Source: Candidatus Limnocylindrales bacterium (GTDB lineage Bacteria; Chloroflexota; Limnocylindria; Limnocylindrales; CSP1-4). From it: a DNA stretch of 64,000 nucleotides. Location: the NCBI GenBank assembly GCA_038250545.1, contig JBBSCF010000014.1, positions 7,962-71,961 on the forward strand. The letters are read 5' to 3'. A program made the translations under genes and the position numbers. This document shows, in pieces, positions 60,331 to 64,000 of the stretch (positions within the stretch are counted from its first letter, which is position 1; each line of letters opens with the position of its first letter). The notes beneath the pieces were generated by a model that did no database searches, had not been told where the DNA came from, and worked only from the letters and a program-made list of their open reading frames with translations.

Positions 60331-60859
60331 GATCCTGCCGGCCTCCGGCGCGGTGACCGGGGTCGAGATCGAGCGCAAGTTCCGCCTGCGTCAGGCACCC
60401 TCGCCCGAGGTGCTGATCGCGCACGGCGCCGTGTCGCTCCGGTTCGAGCAGGTCTACCTCACCGACCCTCCGTCCGGTCGCCGGGTCCGCCTGATCGAGC
60501 ACGCGGACGGCCGCATCGAGCACCGGCTCACCCGCAAGGAGCAGCTCCGGGCCTTCGCGTTCAACGAGGCGGAGGAGCGGATCGACGCGACCCGGTACGC
60601 GGCGCACCTCGCGGAGGCCGACCCGGAGCGCAGGCCCGTCCGCAAGACGCGCCACGTCGTGCCCCACGGGTCGCAGGTCCTCGAGATCGATGTGTTCGAG
60701 GTACCCGCGGGCCTGGTCGTGGTGGAGGTGGAGCTGGGGCATGACGACGAGGCCGTGACCCTGCCCGACTGGCTGGGCGAGTGGCGCGAGGTCTCCGGTG
60801 ATCCCGCATACCTCAACGTGAACCTCGCCCGTCGCGGGGCGGTGGTCCCGCCCTGGTAG
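60323..60859 (+). CDS. CYTH domain protein (CyaB/ThTPase-like triphosphate tunnel enzyme)
   Basis: The EIERKF signature at the N-terminus and LEIDVFE / VVVEVEL strands. 8-nt overlap with the SPFH stop. Confidence 0.8.
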   Translation: MPEILPASGAVTGVEIERKFRLRQAPSPEVLIAHGAVSLRFEQVYLTDPPSGRRVRLIEHADGRIEHRLTRKEQLRAFAFNEAEERIDATRYAAHLAEADPERRPVRKTRHVVPHGSQVLEIDVFEVPAGLVVVEVELGHDDEAVTLPDWLGEWREVSGDPAYLNVNLARRGAVVPPW

Positions 60860-60893
60860 TGTCGCGGCGGCGACCGCTCCGCGCCGGGCCGGT

Positions 60894-62231
60894 ATGATCG
60901 ACCCGATGAGTGAGCGAGGGCTCCCCCCCGAGGGCGCACCGGCCTGTCCGTTCGTGGCGTTCGAGGACGACCGCGACGGCCGGGCGACCGCACCCGATCA
61001 CCGGCACCGCTGCTTCGCCGAGCCGCGCCCCGCGCCGAGGGCGCTCGCCCACCAGGAGGCGTACTGCCTGTCCTCGGCGTTCCCGGTCTGTCCGACGTTC
61101 CAGGACTGGGCCCGCCGCGAGGCCGCGGCCGCCCGGCCCGCCGCGCCCGGCCAGGATGTCGCGCACGAGGAACCGCCCGCGAGCCGGCCGGTGCCGCCCA
61201 TCGACCGCGAGCCCCGCCGGGCCCCCACCGACGCGACGCCGCCGGTGATCCCGCCGCGCCGCCCGCCGCACCGTGACTGGGCCGCGCCGCCCCCGTGGTC
61301 GGGCGAGGACGGCCCCGATCCCGAGGATCTCGCCGGGGCCGCCGGGGAACCCCTGCCGGACGACGAGCGCTACGCCCCGCCGCGTGACGACGAGCGCTAC
61401 GCCCCGCCGCGTGATCACGTGCCCGCCTCGACGCCAACACCCGATCCATTCCCGGCCGAGGCCCGTGGCCTGGCGGGCAGCGCGGCGCACCGCCTGGCCG
61501 GCCCCGATCCCGACGAGCCGCTGCCGGCGCGCCCGACGAGCGCCACGCCGGCCGACGATCTCGATGACTGGGCCGCGGGTGCCGCGGGTGCCGCCGTCGC
61601 CGGACCCGGCTCGGCGTCGCGCGCGACCCCGCCTCCGCGCCGCTACGAGCCCGCGTCACGCGGGGACGTCCGCTCCCGCGACCGCGGCACCCCGGGGCAT
61701 GGCGAGCCCACCCCGCGCACCCCCGTGCAGCAAGACCCGAGCGAGCTCTTCGGGCCCGCCTGGGAGCGCCCGCGCCGCTACGAGGCCTACCCCTCCCTGC
61801 GCACGCGGATGGGCATCCCCGCGCTGGGCGGCCTGCCCAAGGTGGCCACGTGGGGCCTGGTCCTCGTGGTGGCGGCCCTGTTCGTCTTCCTGTTCGGGCC
61901 CGGCCTGCTGGGCTTCGGCAAGGACGACGGCGGGACGGCCGGGGCCACGGCCACGCCCTCGGCCAGTGAGCAGATCACCGCCGAGCCGTCGCCCACGGAG
62001 CCGCCGGCACCCACGCCGCAGGTCTACGTGGTCGCCAAGGGCGACACGATGTCCAAGATCGCGAAGCGGTTCGGCGTCACCGTCGAGCAGATCCTGGCCG
62101 CCAACCCGCAGATCAAGAACCCGAACAAGATCCAGATTGGCGACCAGGTCACGATCCCGGTGCCCGTGCAGGACAACACGCTGGGCGGGGGCGACGGGAC
62201 CGTGCAGAGCCAGGAGTCGGCGACGCCCTGA
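60894..62231 (+). CDS. LysM domain membrane protein with an N-terminal Cys/His motif
   Basis: C-terminal LysM domain (YVVAKGDTMSKIAKRFGVTVEQILAANPQI...IQIGDQVTIP) and one TM helix (WGLVLVVAALFVFLFGP). N-terminal CPFVAF...HRHRC...YC...CPTF. Confidence 0.8.
   Translation: MIDPMSERGLPPEGAPACPFVAFEDDRDGRATAPDHRHRCFAEPRPAPRALAHQEAYCLSSAFPVCPTFQDWARREAAAARPAAPGQDVAHEEPPASRPVPPIDREPRRAPTDATPPVIPPRRPPHRDWAAPPPWSGEDGPDPEDLAGAAGEPLPDDERYAPPRDDERYAPPRDHVPASTPTPDPFPAEARGLAGSAAHRLAGPDPDEPLPARPTSATPADDLDDWAAGAAGAAVAGPGSASRATPPPRRYEPASRGDVRSRDRGTPGHGEPTPRTPVQQDPSELFGPAWERPRRYEAYPSLRTRMGIPALGGLPKVATWGLVLVVAALFVFLFGPGLLGFGKDDGGTAGATATPSASEQITAEPSPTEPPAPTPQVYVVAKGDTMSKIAKRFGVTVEQILAANPQIKNPNKIQIGDQVTIPVPVQDNTLGGGDGTVQSQESATP
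61359..61412. repeat. perfect 2 x 27-bp in-frame tandem duplication (DDERYAPPR x2)
   Basis: GACGACGAGCGCTACGCCCCGCCGCGT occurs twice, head to tail. Confidence 0.9.
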
Positions 62232-62245
62232 GGCCGGCGGGCGCC

Positions 62246-62581
62246 CTACCGCGAGAAGGGCGTCAGGTTGATCGAGGTGATCTTGCCCGCCTCGACGCGG
62301 AACTGGGCGTCGAGGTGTTGGCTGGGGGCCCCCGGCCGGATCACGACCAGGTCTGCCTGGTAGGTGTTGCCCATGTCCCGCACGTCGCCCGGGACCATCT
62401 TGAGGCCCTTGTCGGCGCGCAGGAACCAGCCGCCGACCTGCTCGATGCCCCGCAGCATGCGCGAGTTGTCGCCGACGTGGATGCGCATCTCGACGCGCTC
62501 GTCCATCAGCGCGACCGCGGCGTCGATCTCACCCGCGTTCAGCTGCTCGAAGAAGATCTCCATCGTGTCGGTCGCACCCAT
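62246..62581 (-). CDS. NTF2-like (SnoaL-type) small protein
   Basis: FFEQLNAGEIDAAVALMDERVEMRIHVG is the typical SnoaL-like N-terminus. The remainder of the 560-aa track ORF is off-frame over the DUF2207 gene. Confidence 0.6.
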   Translation of the reverse strand: MGATDTMEIFFEQLNAGEIDAAVALMDERVEMRIHVGDNSRMLRGIEQVGGWFLRADKGLKMVPGDVRDMGNTYQADLVVIRPGAPSQHLDAQFRVEAGKITSINLTPFSR

Positions 62582-62631
62582 GGCCCCGAGTGTACCGGGA
62601 AAGGCCCCTCGGAGCCCACGCCGCGCCCGAC

Positions 62632-64000
62632 CTAGAAGCCGCCGCCGGCGCCGCCCCCGCCCCCACCGGAGCTGCCGCCCGAGAACCCGCCCCCGCCGCC
62701 GTCGCTCGACGACGCCGGCGAGTTCCCGATGGTGCCCAGCGCGGCCATCATCCCGCCGAAGTTGGGGATCGGCGACGAGCTCATCATCCCCGGCGCCCAG
62801 CCGCCGCCACCGCGGTCGCCGACGCCGCCGGACGCCCCGCTCCAGTACCACATGGGCATGTAGGCGGCGCTCGTCCGGCCGGTCTCGAGATCCTCGGCGG
62901 ACCGCTGCAGGACGTGCTCCACCTCCGACTGGAGCCCGAGGGCGACGCCCCAGACGACGGCGTCGTCGGGGTCCTCGATCAGCGGGATCGCGGAGGTCGC
63001 GACGACCTCGCCCATCGATCGCGCCTGCGCCATCGTCCGCTCGAGCGTGCGCCGGTAGGCCTCGAGCATCGCCCGGACCACCGCTCCGTCCCGGGTGCGG
63101 GTGGGCATGGCGCCCGAGATCCCGAACAGCCAGACCGCCGACACGATGAGCGCCACGCCGATCAGCACCAGGCCGCTCGAGGGCAGGTTGAAGCCCGCCA
63201 CCAGCGCCACGATCGCGCCCACGAAGGCCAGGATCCCGCGCACTGACCACCGCCCGGACACCCTGCCCGGCGCCTCGCGGTACCAGCCCCGGGCGACGAG
63301 GTGCGCCTCGAGGCGCGTGTTGAAGGCGCTCACATCTGTGCCGAACTCGAGGATCCTGTCGGGTGCGATGTAGCCCTCCGCGCCGCCGATCGAGCGCAGG
63401 CGGGTGAGCACGTGCTTCGTCGCGTCGTCCATCGGCCGGCCCCGGACGCGCGCGAGGCGGGCCTGCTCGACGGGGTCGGGCGGGGCGGCGTCGACGGTGT
63501 GGATCCCGATCTCGGGCTTGCCGCCAAAGAGGCCCTTGCCCTCCTCGGCCCGGAACCCGATCCGGCCGCGTGCGGCCAGGTCCAGGGTCGCCGCGGTGAG
63601 GGCGCGCCGGGTGACGCTGCCCTCGCGGATGGCGGCGCCGGCGGCCGGCGTGAGGCCCGGGGGCGGGGCGGGCATGAGGATGGAGGGGTCGTCGAGGTAG
63701 ACGGGGTCGCGCCCGTGCCGGAACCAGGTGAGCAGCGAGCCGCCGATGACGAGCAGCAGGATCGCCGGCGCGAGCACCAGGCCCAGGACGGCATTGATGA
63801 CGCGGTAGGTGGGGACGCCCGCGATCCTGTCCATCCCTATGAGCGCGGCCCCGTCGAGGTCGCAGTCGCGAAGCCGCGGCAGCATGTCGTTCTCGAAGAT
63901 CCGCTGGCGGTCGTCGTTGGACAGCCACGTGTCGCGGAAGCCGGGCCCCGCGTAGAGCTGCACCTGGCCGTGGCAGGGGTCATTCTCGTGGAGGTCGAAC
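62632..64000 (-). CDS. DUF2207-family membrane protein, C-terminal part (5' end outside window)
   Basis: The frame stays open to the window edge. There are TM helices and a C-terminal Gly-rich tail, SSSDGGGGGFSGGSSGGGGGGAGGGF, typical of DUF2207. Confidence 0.7.
   Translation of the reverse strand, partial: FDLHENDPCHGQVQLYAGPGFRDTWLSNDDRQRIFENDMLPRLRDCDLDGAALIGMDRIAGVPTYRVINAVLGLVLAPAILLLVIGGSLLTWFRHGRDPVYLDDPSILMPAPPPGLTPAAGAAIREGSVTRRALTAATLDLAARGRIGFRAEEGKGLFGGKPEIGIHTVDAAPPDPVEQARLARVRGRPMDDATKHVLTRLRSIGGAEGYIAPDRILEFGTDVSAFNTRLEAHLVARGWYREAPGRVSGRWSVRGILAFVGAIVALVAGFNLPSSGLVLIGVALIVSAVWLFGISGAMPTRTRDGAVVRAMLEAYRRTLERTMAQARSMGEVVATSAIPLIEDPDDAVVWGVALGLQSEVEHVLQRSAEDLETGRTSAAYMPMWYWSGASGGVGDRGGGGWAPGMMSSSPIPNFGGMMAALGTIGNSPASSSDGGGGGFSGGSSGGGGGGAGGGF

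Noticed and set aside
59137-60378. The upper part of the 576-aa minus-strand ORF 58648-60378.
   Set aside because: It is antisense to the SPFH gene. Only the last 130-160 codons, which have a signal peptide and lipobox, look like a real protein.
62582-63928. The upstream part of the 560-aa minus-strand ORF 62246-63928.
   Set aside because: It is off-frame over the DUF2207 gene, and only the terminal 111 codons (NTF2-like) look genuine.

Overview
A very GC-rich (judged by eye, not computed) bacterial chromosomal segment, densely packed with housekeeping and accessory metabolic genes. The gene content points to a deep-branching actinobacterial or Chloroflexi-like aerobe, but this is inference only. 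The supporting features are split GcvPA/GcvPB, class-1B PyrK/PyrD, an F420-type LLM oxidoreductase, Ni-SOD with its protease, fused CtaA-CtaB, and a PII-like c-di-AMP receptor. Pyrimidine genes are scattered: pyrR-pyrB-pyrC at 0.5-3.5 kb, pyrK-pyrD at 22-24 kb and pyrE at 28.8 kb, with no carAB or pyrF in the window. Other blocks: (1) a minus-strand operon gcvPA-gcvPB-(ATP-NAD-kinase-like)-SDR-(PLP decarboxylase) with no gcvT or gcvH nearby; (2) a DeoR-regulated galactoside locus with an ABC binding protein, two permeases, GH35, an unknown ORF and GH42; (3) an ECF sigma factor coupled to an 819-aa membrane protein with a triplicated extracytoplasmic module; (4) a decayed, repeat-rich stretch holding a 5'-truncated class-III aminotransferase and two perfect minisatellites just upstream of pyrE; (5) a thioredoxin-fold lipoprotein next to the CtaA-CtaB fusion; (6) beta-CASP MBL hydrolase, Rieske oxygenase, an MFS-cNMP-binding fusion and a DarA-like protein; (7) argF, then a roughly 1.9-kb islet with an HTH-XRE/PD-(D/E)xK nuclease-like gene whose roughly 190-bp leader plus first codons are duplicated about 1 kb downstream; (8) xthA, ACT-domain proteins, a lipoprotein serpin, LOG, EamA, marR-MFS, sodN-sodX, SPFH-CYTH, a LysM protein and a partial DUF2207 protein. 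I found no rRNA, intact tRNA, CRISPR array, transposase or integrase. Many long ORFs in the track are antisense or off-frame artefacts of the high GC content. All product calls rest on motifs I recognised by reading the translations; no database search was possible.
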